A stretch of DNA of 64,000 bases from Candidatus Bathyarchaeia archaeon (GCA_049512075.1 JBEKXL010000011.1:9312-73311); one strand, 5' to 3'. Positions 1-8,880 are shown, numbered from the stretch's first letter. Notes: generated by a model from the letters alone, not told the origin. Made by a program: numbers and translations.

Positions 1-400
1 CCGCGTAGTAGCTCCATGGGTCTTCAAGAAGCATCAGATCATCTCGTATCTTGTCCCACCTGTCCGTCATTTTTTCTATTCCGCCGACGAGAACCATACT
101 GTATCTTCCGGCTTGAATGGCGTTGCAGGCGTTTGACAAGGCTGAACTGAATGATCGTGTTACTTCCATGGGGACGTGAAGCTCCGTCAGTTCTGAAAGG
201 AAACCCTCTTCCAGTCCAAGCTTGTTCGTGATGGGGAGAAAATAGTCTGAAAGATAACAAGCTTCCAAGTCTTTGCGTTCCAAATCTGCTTCCATCGAAG
301 CCTTGAGCCAAGCTTCTTCAATCAGTTTCTCAGGCTCTTTCTCGTAGTGTTCCCCAAATCTTGTTCTTCCAACAGCAACTATCGCTGGGCGAGTTGGCAT
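1..400 (-). CDS. Thiolase-family protein, N-terminal part (runs off window; not in ORF track)
   Basis: Manual translation from ATG at 400: MPTRPAIVAVGRTRFGEHYEKEPEKLIEEAW...NAIQAGRYSMVLVGGIEKM. Has the typical thiolase N-terminus (GxTxFG) and the VLVGGxEKM motif. Confidence 0.8.
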   Translation of the reverse strand, partial: MPTRPAIVAVGRTRFGEHYEKEPEKLIEEAWLKASMEADLERKDLEACYLSDYFLPITNKLGLEEGFLSELTELHVPMEVTRSFSSALSNACNAIQAGRYSMVLVGGIEKMTDRWDKIRDDLMLLEDPWSYYA

Positions 401-706
401 TAGATTACACCTATCAATCAGCAAATATCCCTTTGGTATGCGACTTTTAAGGGTTTGCCATTTCAGTGTTCAGCACATGCAACGTCTAAGAAAAGGTGAC
501 AGTCAGAGAAGCATGAAGCGGTCGCGGACAGCCTCTCACATACGTCCAGCAGTGTCAGAGATGGTACTGCACCAAAGAACAGAAATACGTATAGAAATAC
601 GACTGATCGCAAGAAAGCGTGCGGTTCGGGAGAAACGCGTTGTCTTTCAGAGTCGTCCCCTATCTTTGGTAGTAACAACCGTGGTAATGTTGTGTGGTAA
701 CAAATC

Positions 707-803
707 ATGAAGAGACAGACGGGCGCGTGGATAGATGCTCAGGTCTGGAATGCCTACTGGGAACTTTGCGGCCGTGAAAAGCTGCGGCTATCTACGCGCG
801 CGC
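707..803 (+). pseudogene. Ribbon-helix-helix-like N-terminal fragment ending at a (CG)n tract
   Basis: MKRQTGAWIDAQVWNAYWELCGREKLRLS has a strand-helix pattern. A diverged copy lies at about 8835-8900. Confidence 0.45.
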
Positions 804-805
804 AA

Positions 806-1951
806 CTAGGCCGCTGTTTCTTCGTTAATGTTTATTCCGTGACTCTTCAGACCTTCTGAAAACAGTCTGAAAAGTTTGTTGTCCATGCCTATTTTTTCAG
901 GCGGAACCACGCCCTTTTCTTTCAGATGTTTGTTCAGAATTAATTGTGCAACTATTGAAGCCGGATAGGCTGTTGTTCTGGCCATAGCGGTTACGCCTCG
1001 TCTTTTGTCGCAGAAGTCCAACAAGTCGTAGACTTGCGTTGTTCTCTTCTTGTCTTTTGTGCCGCGAGTCTCAATTCTCAACGCGACGATGTCCCTTTGT
1101 CTCCTGTCCGACAGTCTTCGCTCAAGGATTTTGGCGGTGAGCTTTCTGGGTTGAATATGGACTCCTTCCACGTTGACTCTTGATTCGCTGAAGAACCCCA
1201 GGGTTCTGAGCAATTTCACTTTCTCAGCGTGTCCTGGATATCTGAGCGTCTTCTCCCACATGTCTTCGACGTGCTTCATCGTGTGCAACAAGGTTCTGAG
1301 ACCGTCGGTGTAAAAAGCCTCAAGCTTTCCGACGCCGGGAAATTCAACTTCTTGCACTCCGCTCAGGGCTTCAACTTCAACTGTTTGGCCTTTTCTGACT
1401 ATTTCCGCCTTTCTTGTGTACTCGTCGATGAGGCTCTCGGGAGACCATGTGATGACGTAGCCCAAGGGGGGAATGGGTTTTTCGGGAAGTCCGCCGACCA
1501 TTATGTGAACTGATTTAACGTTGTCAAGCGTTGAAACAGAATTTCCGACTAGTACGTTGCTGATTCCTGGGGCTAGTCCACAGTCTGGGACGAGGGTTGA
1601 ACCTGCATGTACGGCGGCCTCGTTGAGTCGCATAGGGTTTTCAGACATGTAGGAAACGTCAACTAAATCCTTGTGGGCATTGATGCATGTTTCCGCCAGG
1701 CGGTATCCGAGGTTGCCCGGCAGAAAGCCCATGGTTATATCGAACTCTTTCAGAGTATCCATTAGTTCATCACGTTTCGCAACGTCTGATTGGATCCATG
1801 AAACATTGCTCATGCCTATTTTTTTGGCAACAAGTTTCGCTCTTACTTCATTCATGTCGGCAACAACGACCTCAGTCGAACTCATACTGTTGGCCAAGTC
1901 TTCCGCCGCAACGGAGCCTATGTTTCCACAGCCCATTACCAATACTTTCAT
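806..1951 (-). CDS. Saccharopine dehydrogenase / lysine 6-dehydrogenase family oxidoreductase
   Basis: Rossmann motif MKVLVMGCGNIG, plus DCGLAPG, VGGLP, KTLRYPGH and MARTT. The start was moved to ATG 1951 because the ORF-track extension overlaps SUI1. Confidence 0.88.
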   Translation of the reverse strand: MKVLVMGCGNIGSVAAEDLANSMSSTEVVVADMNEVRAKLVAKKIGMSNVSWIQSDVAKRDELMDTLKEFDITMGFLPGNLGYRLAETCINAHKDLVDVSYMSENPMRLNEAAVHAGSTLVPDCGLAPGISNVLVGNSVSTLDNVKSVHIMVGGLPEKPIPPLGYVITWSPESLIDEYTRKAEIVRKGQTVEVEALSGVQEVEFPGVGKLEAFYTDGLRTLLHTMKHVEDMWEKTLRYPGHAEKVKLLRTLGFFSESRVNVEGVHIQPRKLTAKILERRLSDRRQRDIVALRIETRGTKDKKRTTQVYDLLDFCDKRRGVTAMARTTAYPASIVAQLILNKHLKEKGVVPPEKIGMDNKLFRLFSEGLKSHGININEETAA

Positions 1952-2134
1952 GTTCCTAGATTCAGAGAGGATTTTCATTAAAGGTTTTCCTAGGTTTAGC
2001 TGGCAAGACGGGCTGGGGACCCGTGGAACTAGGTGAATCTCATGCGGGAGAAATAATGCTACAGGTGGAGTCTGGTTACAGATAATCGATTTGAAAGTCT
2101 TATATACTCCAATGGTGATGTAGAATTGAGTATC

Positions 2135-2443
2135 ATGGCTGAGATCTGTCCAACATGCGGACTTCCCAAGGACATATGTGCTTGTGGCGAGATAGAAAAG
2201 GAGCAACAGCGGATTCGCATACGGCTTGAAACGCGGAAATTTGGCAAACCTACTACAATAGTCGACGGCATAGATGAGAAGAACACGGATCTGGCGGGGA
2301 TTGCTCAAAAACTGAAGGGGTTCTGTGCTTGCGGGGGAACGGCAAAAAACGGTCAGATAATGCTTCAGGGAGACCATCGTGAAAGAGTGCGCCAGTTTTT
2401 GGTGAAGCTTGGATACCCCGATGAGAACATAGAGCTTCAGTAG
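2135..2443 (+). CDS. Translation initiation factor aIF1 (SUI1 family)
   Basis: MAEICPTCGLPKDIC...RKFGKPTT...LKGFCACGGT...LQGDHR. Confidence 0.95.
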   Translation: MAEICPTCGLPKDICACGEIEKEQQRIRIRLETRKFGKPTTIVDGIDEKNTDLAGIAQKLKGFCACGGTAKNGQIMLQGDHRERVRQFLVKLGYPDENIELQ

Positions 2444-2469
2444 TTGCCCCCGTGGACGGGGGGCGTAGG

Positions 2470-2673
2470 ATGAAAATGCTGCAAGACATGCGTGAAGTAT
2501 TGAAAACGCTCAAACGGCGAAAACCGTCAAAGAAATACTGCCCGAAATGTGGAAGCCCTGATATTCGTTTGTCCAGCAGCTCGGGCTATTGGCTTACGCC
2601 TCTGAAGTACGTGTGTAAAAAATGTGGATACTCTGGTCCTGTCGTTATGGAACTTGAAAAAGAGGAAGGTTAG
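2470..2673 (+). CDS. Small zinc-ribbon protein
   Basis: CPKC...CKKC motif; directly follows aIF1. Confidence 0.7.
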   Translation: MKMLQDMREVLKTLKRRKPSKKYCPKCGSPDIRLSSSSGYWLTPLKYVCKKCGYSGPVVMELEKEEG

Positions 2674-2692
2674 CAGCGTCTGTTCTTTTTGG

Positions 2693-3631
2693 TCAATCAG
2701 GAAGCTCTAGTTTCAGTTGTTTCTTCAGGGTTTTGTAACGGTTTCTCACGGTAACTTCGGTAACGCCTGCTGCTTCAGCTATGTCTTTTTGTGTTTTCTT
2801 CTCGTTGTTCTGCAAGCAGGCGATGTACAACGCTGCAGCCGCGAGCCCCATGGGGTCTTTTCCGGCGGCTGCCCTTTTGCTTCTGGCTTCTCTCAGAATC
2901 TGTATGGCGAGTCCCTGCGTCTTGCCCGAAATTCCTGTTCTTTCAGCGATTTTTGAAACGTACGTGAGAGGGTCGGCAATCGGCATGTGTACTTCAAGTT
3001 CACGTAGCAGTAGCCTGTAGCAGCGTGCAACATCTTTTTTGTCGACCAAGCTTGCTTCGGCGATTTCGCGTAGGGTTCTGGGTGTTCCACTTCCACGGCA
3101 GGCTGCATAAAGCGCTGCGGCTGCGATGGCTGCGATAGATCTGCCCCGGACTAGGCCTTTGTCCAGGGCTTTGCGGTATATAACCGCGGCTTTTTCTTTG
3201 ATTGGTGGTGGAATGTAGACTTTGTCTGACAACCGGTCGAGTTCAGCCATTGCTTGGGCTAGGTTTCTGTCGATCGAAGAGTGAACCCTTGAGCGTATCT
3301 GCCATTTTCTCAGGCGCCACATCTGTAAACGTGTTGACAGTGGAAGTTTTCTTCCGAAGGCGTCACGGTCAACCTGGCTAATGGCCGTTGACAAGCCTTT
3401 ATCGTGAACGGAATAAGATGTTGGTACTCCAACGCGGCTTCTTGAGGCTTTCTCTTCTTGAGTGAAGGCGCGCCATTCTGGGCCTTTATCCATCATCTGC
3501 TCGTACACAACGAGTCCACAGTCGCCGCAAACGGTTTCGCCGGTGTCATAATCATGGACGAGGTTTGAACTGCTGCATTCTGGGCACTTGTCAACTAGAC
3601 GTTGGCGAACCCCGGCTTCTTTTTTGCTCAA
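2693..3631 (-). CDS. tfb: Transcription initiation factor IIB
   Basis: Zn ribbon CPEC/CGDC, GPEWRAF B-reader, two cyclin repeats (RGRSI..., GKDPMGLAAAALY, VTEVTVRNRYK). Confidence 0.98.
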   Translation of the reverse strand: MSKKEAGVRQRLVDKCPECSSSNLVHDYDTGETVCGDCGLVVYEQMMDKGPEWRAFTQEEKASRSRVGVPTSYSVHDKGLSTAISQVDRDAFGRKLPLSTRLQMWRLRKWQIRSRVHSSIDRNLAQAMAELDRLSDKVYIPPPIKEKAAVIYRKALDKGLVRGRSIAAIAAAALYAACRGSGTPRTLREIAEASLVDKKDVARCYRLLLRELEVHMPIADPLTYVSKIAERTGISGKTQGLAIQILREARSKRAAAGKDPMGLAAAALYIACLQNNEKKTQKDIAEAAGVTEVTVRNRYKTLKKQLKLELPD

Positions 3632-3878
3632 CTCTTTTCGCCTCGACTGATTTTTTCGTAGAACCGTCGTGATTCTTCATCATTTTTCAGAAAGCAGTAC
3701 GTTCGGTCCTGCGTAACTATGCACGTGCGATGTCTTAATATATAAGGTTTACGGTTCTCTTGTATTGATTGAAATGGCCTTCCTGCTCGTAACAAAGGCA
3801 GTTCGCAGGCCGGATTGAGCATTACATTGTTAGCAAATCTTGAATACCCACGTGTACTATTGATGTCATAGTGTAAAG

Positions 3879-5003
3879 TTGATTCATGTGATAACGCTCC
3901 CAGAGAAGCTGCGAAAAGTGTTGGAGAGAACTGTCAAAGAGCTGGCCGCCAAGGAGAATGTTTATGGTGTGGGGCTTTTCGGGAGTTGGAGCCGAGGCGA
4001 CGCTGAAACCTCAAGCGATGTTGACTTGTTCATACTTGACAGGGACGACTTTGCGTACGAGTTCGTTGAAAGGGTCGAGAGGGGCGGTTTTCTCATCGAT
4101 TTAAATCATGTTCCAAGACGGTGGATTCAAGGCCAGATTCCTCCAGAGATAGATCAGAAACTCTACGAAGCGCAGATACTCTACGACAGGGACTGGGCCT
4201 TGACCAACACGAAACTCTTGATGGCGAAGTCTTACAGTTCACCCGAGAGGGTTGATATTCGGACTGATGCTCACGTCGTGGAATCCGACATATACTTGAG
4301 CCGGGCGACGTCAGCCCTTTCAAGGCATGACTTCAGAAGCTCGCATCTCTTTGCCACGGTGGCCTTTGAGAACGCTCTGAAGGTTCTGGTTGAGATAGCT
4401 TTGCAGCCTTTTTCGAACAGTCGATTTATGGAAATAGCCAGAAGCGCCGAGGCAAAACTCGGAATGCACAATGTTTTTGACGAGTACGTCGAGATGACGG
4501 ACTTCGGCCGGGTTGACAAGATACAGGCCAGAGACAGGCTGAGACTCTTCAAAAATGTGTGGGACGATGTCAACGCTGCTACCAAAGAAAATCTTCAAAC
4601 ACTCCAATCCGTCCATTTCAAGGTTAGGACGCGGCTGAGCTATTATTTGAACCCCGGTTTTCTGCAAGGTGTCGTGAAGCGCGCAAGCGCCATGATTGAG
4701 GCAGAAAAAACTGTCGAAGTCGCGCATTATCTTAACGACATAGTTCTCGACTTTGTCGAAAACTATGCTTGGTTGAAATCTCTGATTGACAAGGTCAAGA
4801 TAGACTACACGACACTGATTCGTTCGTTAGAGGGTTTAGAGGGGGAAGACTCGGCAAACTACAGAAACATAACAACCATTCTAGGATTAGACAAGATCGA
4901 CAGAATCGTTGCAACAAAGCAAATTGACGAGACGCGGGAGGCAATGCTTAGGGTACGAAGAGATAGGAAACTTTTAATCAAAAATCACTTATTAAAGACT
5001 TAG
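3879..5003 (+). CDS. Nucleotidyltransferase (Pol-beta/MNT-like N-terminal domain) with helical C-terminal region
   Basis: GLFGSWSRGDAETSSDVDLFI matches the GS...DxD signature. Confidence 0.8.
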   Translation: MIHVITLPEKLRKVLERTVKELAAKENVYGVGLFGSWSRGDAETSSDVDLFILDRDDFAYEFVERVERGGFLIDLNHVPRRWIQGQIPPEIDQKLYEAQILYDRDWALTNTKLLMAKSYSSPERVDIRTDAHVVESDIYLSRATSALSRHDFRSSHLFATVAFENALKVLVEIALQPFSNSRFMEIARSAEAKLGMHNVFDEYVEMTDFGRVDKIQARDRLRLFKNVWDDVNAATKENLQTLQSVHFKVRTRLSYYLNPGFLQGVVKRASAMIEAEKTVEVAHYLNDIVLDFVENYAWLKSLIDKVKIDYTTLIRSLEGLEGEDSANYRNITTILGLDKIDRIVATKQIDETREAMLRVRRDRKLLIKNHLLKT

Positions 5004-5077
5004 TTCAAGAAGAACATGCCGCCAAGGCCGATGGTGAGGTCACCGGCGCAGTGTGCTTTGTGTAAGTGGCCCGGAGA

Positions 5078-5177
5078 AGCCCGGTGGAGGGAAGGACGCC
5101 TTTCCGCCGACTGTAGTGGACAAGCATAGCGGGCTTTGGACCCGCCGACGAGAGTTCGAATCTCTCCCGGGCTACCA
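5078..5177 (+). tRNA. tRNA-Gln(UUG) with a 24-nt intron (5088-5111) at position 10/11; CCA encoded
   Basis: Spliced sequence AGCCCGG TG GTGT AGTGGACAA GCAT A GCGGG CTTTGGA CCCGC CGAC GAGAG TTCGAAT CTCTC CCGGGCT ACCA folds as a full cloverleaf with the A1-U72 pair typical of archaeal tRNA-Gln. The intron forms a BHB motif. Confidence 0.92.
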
Positions 5178-5382
5178 AAATTATCCCATTTTGGCTGTTT
5201 TTTGTGTATGCATTGAGGTTTTGGTTTTTGACTTAAAGCATCAGCGTGTCAGTGTTCTGGCTCGAGGGATTCTTACCCCCATTGAACCTCTTCCTTTAGA
5301 ATTGACTGTTGAATTGTAAAATTGCAATGTTGCGTCTGGCGACCCCCCTTTTTTGTTTGCGCGCGCGAAAAGGAAAGAGTGG

Positions 5383-5901
5383 CTAGTAGTAGTATGTTAT
5401 CGTTATGGTTTCAGTTGCGTTACCGACCAAGTTTGTGTTTCCGACCCTGATTTCTATCGGGGGGAGGATAACTGGTGGAAAGGGCGTGATTGGGTAAGGG
5501 ATGTAACTATATGATACTGGAGAAACTGCTGTTCCACTTACGCCAACACCTATTTGATTATCGTAGTTGACACCATTGAAAATGTAGATGACCCGAACAT
5601 AGGTATTAGAGGTTGTTGATGATAGAACATTAACTGAAACATATCCTGCATACCTCGATACGAAAAACCAAGAGGTATAATTGCTTGCAGTTTGAGTTAC
5701 AGTCGTATTAACCCAAACTTCGGATTTGCCCAAGTTGGCAATATCGGTGAGGTCGTTCACTCTTGAATTTAATGAAGAAATCTGTAATATAGCTCCCAAT
5801 AGACCGACTACTAGAATGATACAGACTATTCCAAGTGCAATAGCAACATTCCTACTGACCATCTTCTTTGGTTTCGTTTCACTTGGTTTTGTTTCACTCA
5901 T
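5383..5901 (-). CDS. Membrane-anchored hypothetical protein (family ending ...TITxYY)
   Basis: N-terminal TM helix, short coiled coil, beta-rich domain. Paralogous to 12327-12869. Confidence 0.8.
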   Translation of the reverse strand: MSETKPSETKPKKMVSRNVAIALGIVCIILVVGLLGAILQISSLNSRVNDLTDIANLGKSEVWVNTTVTQTASNYTSWFFVSRYAGYVSVNVLSSTTSNTYVRVIYIFNGVNYDNQIGVGVSGTAVSPVSYSYIPYPITPFPPVILPPIEIRVGNTNLVGNATETITITYYY

Positions 5902-6026
5902 TTTTGAACCCCTAGTTTGTCTTGTGTTGTTATGCAGATTTAAGATTTCTGTCCTTTCAGCTTGACTAGAGCCTTTTGTACGGCATGAAAAAGACTAGAA
6001 AATGAGAGTGGGTTTAGTAGTAGTAT
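5902..6026. repeat. Conserved inter-gene spacer (terminator plus promoter/leader) of the ...TITxYY family, copy 1
   Basis: ctagtttgtctt...tttaagatttctgtc and gccttttgtac.gcatg...gagagtgggttt recur at about 7115-7250. They also occur, inverted and split, at about 12270-12326 and 12860-12925. Confidence 0.7.
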
Positions 6027-6076
6027 GTCATTGTTATCGTCTGAGTTGCTCCATTGTTTAGGTTCCCATTTCCGCA
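6014..6076 (-). pseudogene. C-terminal remnant of a third ...TITxYY family gene
   Basis: Translates CGNGNLNNGATQTITMTYYY*, compared with VGNTNLVGNATETITITYYY* of 5383-5901. Confidence 0.75.
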
Positions 6077-6160
6077 CCTTTCCAGATTAGCCATTTTTAA
6101 AAAAAAGAAAAAAGTGGAGTAGTTGAAAGACACCTGGGATTATGCTGTTGTTGTTTTGTC

Positions 6161-7021
6161 TTAACGCTTCCTTTTTCTGTAGACTATAACTGCTAGTAGT
6201 GTTGCCATCACGAACAATGGTAGAATAAGGAATGTTGGGAACTCTGGAATGCCACCTGGGTTGGTAATGGTACTGGCATCTAAGGTAACCGCGGTCTGTG
6301 CAAATGCTCTACCATTTAGCACTGCACCAGTGTTTAGCACTATAGCTGTTTGGCATAGAATAACTCCATTGAAGATGGATGTAGTTCCAAGTGTCACTTG
6401 ACCCGCAACTTGCCAGAAGATGTTCCTTACCACTGCTTCTCCGCTTAGGATAACATGTACACCAGAACTGACATCAAGGTTTTGGGCTATTTGGAATATC
6501 CACACGTCACTTGAGCTTCCTGAGAGGGTAACGTCAGTTGGTATTGTCACGCCAGTGCTCCATTTGTATAGGCCAGCAGAGAGAGTCATTCCGCCAATAT
6601 TTCCAGCTCCTAATTCAGTATGGTCTGGTAAACTTCTTCCAGCAGCATCGGTGTACGCTGTTTCCATATCGCTTATAGCTGTAGTCATGGTAGTTGGAGT
6701 TGGTGCTGCAAAGTCGGCAGCATATATCTTTCCTGTAACTAAAGATGATGTCGCAAATTGATTAGAGGAATCCATTATTAACCCAAATCCAGTAATGGCA
6801 GTAGAGTCGATTGGACTCACTCCAATATCCCCAACAATTGAAGTGGTTCCAGTACTGGATATGCCTGACTTTGCTAGAATAACGAAGTTTCCTGCTGAAC
6901 CAAGATTAACTGGCGATTGTCCTGAACCTTTGGCAAAGTTTAAAGCCATGCCTAACATAGCAAACAGAGTTAAGCACAACATTATTCTTATCAATGTCTT
7001 TTTCTTCATTCTAATCACCAC
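6161..7021 (-). CDS. Ice-binding-like (DUF3494) secreted protein with PEF-type C-terminal anchor
   Basis: Signal peptide; VNLGSAGNFVILAKSGIS, GDIGVSP, WIFQI, NIFWQVAG, GRAFAQTAVTLD; ends IPEFP-TM-RKRKR. Confidence 0.88.
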   Translation of the reverse strand: MVIRMKKKTLIRIMLCLTLFAMLGMALNFAKGSGQSPVNLGSAGNFVILAKSGISSTGTTSIVGDIGVSPIDSTAITGFGLIMDSSNQFATSSLVTGKIYAADFAAPTPTTMTTAISDMETAYTDAAGRSLPDHTELGAGNIGGMTLSAGLYKWSTGVTIPTDVTLSGSSSDVWIFQIAQNLDVSSGVHVILSGEAVVRNIFWQVAGQVTLGTTSIFNGVILCQTAIVLNTGAVLNGRAFAQTAVTLDASTITNPGGIPEFPTFLILPLFVMATLLAVIVYRKRKR

Positions 7022-7251
7022 CCTGTTTAGTTAATATTAAATACGTGGTAGATGGCTAGTCTACCACGCTAGAGCCCTTGCGTTTTAACCATTTGCACGT
7101 GTTCTGTCTTCACGTCTAGTTTGTCTTCTGTTGCTGTCCAAATTTAAGATTTCTGTCTTTCTAATCTATGTATACGCTCTGAGTTTGGCTAATGCCTTTT
7201 GTACTGCATGGCTTAAACCAGAAAAAGAGAGTGGGTTTTGGTAGTGGTATG

Positions 7252-7313
7252 GTTCTGCACTTTCGACATAATGTTGATAGCTAGTTAGACAAACGACTAG
7301 CCATTCCTTCCCC
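7252..7313 (+). repeat. About 60-bp direct repeat, copy 1
   Basis: The first 41 nt (gttctgcactttcgacataatgttgatagctagttagacaa) are identical to 7993-8033. Confidence 0.9.
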
Positions 7314-7429
7314 TCTTTTTTTGGTGATTGCATGACAGGATTCATCTTCTAGGCATCTATCAGTAATACCTAAGCCAAAAAGCTTAAAGCATGTGCTTCA
7401 CATAACGTATTTTCAAAAAGGAGGGAAAA

Positions 7430-7726
7430 ATGAGGATGAAAAGCAAAGAGTTTATGGACAAAGATGTCTATGCTGGGACCGAGAAAATAGGCACAGTCAA
7501 AGAACTCGGAATAGATCCAGGAAGTTGGGAAGTAACTCATCTTGAAGTCGAATTGACTAAGGATGCAGCTGAATCTGTGCTTGGTGCAAAGAAAGGTGGA
7601 GTGCGAAACATGTTGGCCACTTCAGCCCTAAAGAGCGGGGTTGCACGCTGGACAGACAAAGGGCTAAACTTAGAGGTCCCAAAAACAGAACTGCACGCGT
7701 ACCTAAAACCAGTAGTTGAACCTTAG
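7430..7726 (+). CDS. PRC-barrel domain protein
   Basis: MKSKEFMDKDVYAGTEKIGTVKELGIDPGSWEVTHLEV pattern. Confidence 0.8.
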   Translation: MRMKSKEFMDKDVYAGTEKIGTVKELGIDPGSWEVTHLEVELTKDAAESVLGAKKGGVRNMLATSALKSGVARWTDKGLNLEVPKTELHAYLKPVVEP

Positions 7727-7740
7727 TTGGGGATTTGGCT

Positions 7741-7911
7741 GTGGACTGGTTTTGGACGATTGTTGTCATACTCGTGATACTGTGGGCAGTGGGATTCTTT
7801 GCTTTCTATAGCATAGGTCCAATAATACATATACTGATTGTGATTGCCGTAATCATAGTAGTATATCGACTGCTGACTGGAAGACACATATTGTCTGGAG
7901 ACAAAAGATAG
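7741..7911 (+). CDS. Small membrane protein, lmo0937/DUF5670-like (not in ORF track)
   Basis: GTG start; MDWFWTIVVILVILWAVGFFAFYSIGPIIHILIVIAVIIVVYRLLTGRHILSGDKR*. Confidence 0.75.
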   Translation: MDWFWTIVVILVILWAVGFFAFYSIGPIIHILIVIAVIIVVYRLLTGRHILSGDKR

Positions 7912-7992
7912 CGTTCACAGACTGTAATTTATGCCAAAACCCATACCAAAACCCAAGAAGACTACGCTTTCTCTCTCCTGCTTTCTTTTTCT

Positions 7993-8054
7993 GTTCTGCA
8001 CTTTCGACATAATGTTGATAGCTAGTTAGACAATAACTAACCATTCCTTCCCCC
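7993..8054 (+). repeat. About 60-bp direct repeat, copy 2
   Basis: Matches 7252-7313; a 22/24 partial copy lies at 35145-35168. Confidence 0.9.
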
Positions 8055-8133
8055 CTTCTATAGGAAAACTTAAACACATAACACCGTTCTTTTTTTGGTT
8101 TAGTTTAGTATGGAGTGAAAAGGTGGTGATAGA

Positions 8134-8355
8134 ATGAAGAACGGAAAGAAATTAGTTATAGTAGCCTTAGTATTATTCCTATGCAGTTTTATCAGCGAAA
8201 TTCTTGCTGTATATCCTGTTCTCTGCAATACTCTTTTCAATGCTAATCTCCCTACTCTTCTTGACTCCACTTACGCTATGCTTCTCTCTGAAATAGGAAT
8301 AGTATTAGTTTTTGTGGCTCTAATTCTTGCCATAGTAGGAGTAGGTTTAAGCTAG
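8134..8355 (+). CDS. Small two-TM membrane protein
   Basis: Two hydrophobic helices; upstream GGTGGTGA SD-like sequence. Confidence 0.6.
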   Translation: MKNGKKLVIVALVLFLCSFISEILAVYPVLCNTLFNANLPTLLDSTYAMLLSEIGIVLVFVALILAIVGVGLS

Positions 8356-8642
8356 AAGTAAAGTTAGTATCTCTCTTTTTTTAGTCTCTTAGTTCTTTAG
8401 GCTTTGGTTTAGTCTAGGCTTTAGTATAGTCTTGGTGGGGGGGGGTCGTGGGTGGTCCTAGAGCCTCAGAGCCTCAAAGGACACTTAGACACAGTGAAAA
8501 CTTGGACACTACAGAAATCAATCTTCCCTCTTTTTCTACAGTTTAATTAATCTATATCATTTGGTGGACATAGAGTTAAACTTAGTATTGGATACAGAAT
8601 AAATCTATAAATGAATCACTACTATCTATATTCTCTCTAGGC

Positions 8643-8830
8643 TTAATGTCAGATGTAATGTGTATTGTTACAAACCATGAAGAAAAACGGGCGGAAAGGC
8701 TGTTCAGAGTGGACTCGGCCCTTTTGTTTGTAATGTCAGATGTAATTTTCATTGCAATAGTCAGGGATTGTAGGTAGGGTTGACTTTCTGCTGTTCAGTT
8801 GTAACGCCAGATGTAATGCTGTTGGTAACG
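8643..8830 (+). promoter_or_regulatory. Three copies of a 12-bp-period GTAAY triplet motif (putative operator)
   Basis: GTAAY-like boxes at 8643/8655/8667, 8730/8742/8754 and 8801/8813/8825. The same motif occurs at 672/684/697 and inverted at about 41270-41395. Confidence 0.55.
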
Positions 8831-8880
8831 AGTCGTGAGGAAACAGATGGAGTATGTATGATTGCTCAGGTCTGGGAGGC

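Noticed and set aside
1952-2377. 142-aa N-terminal extension of the 806-2377 ORF
   Set aside because: It overlaps aIF1 on the opposite strand; the Rossmann fold begins at ATG 1951.
3879-5003. MNT-HEPN toxin-antitoxin or CBASS-type cyclase
   Set aside because: No RxxxxH HEPN motif, cognate toxin or effector gene seen; only the generic nucleotidyltransferase motif is supported.
5150-5177. tRNA 3' end as att site of an integrated element
   Set aside because: I found no second copy of the tRNA 3' end in the window by eye.
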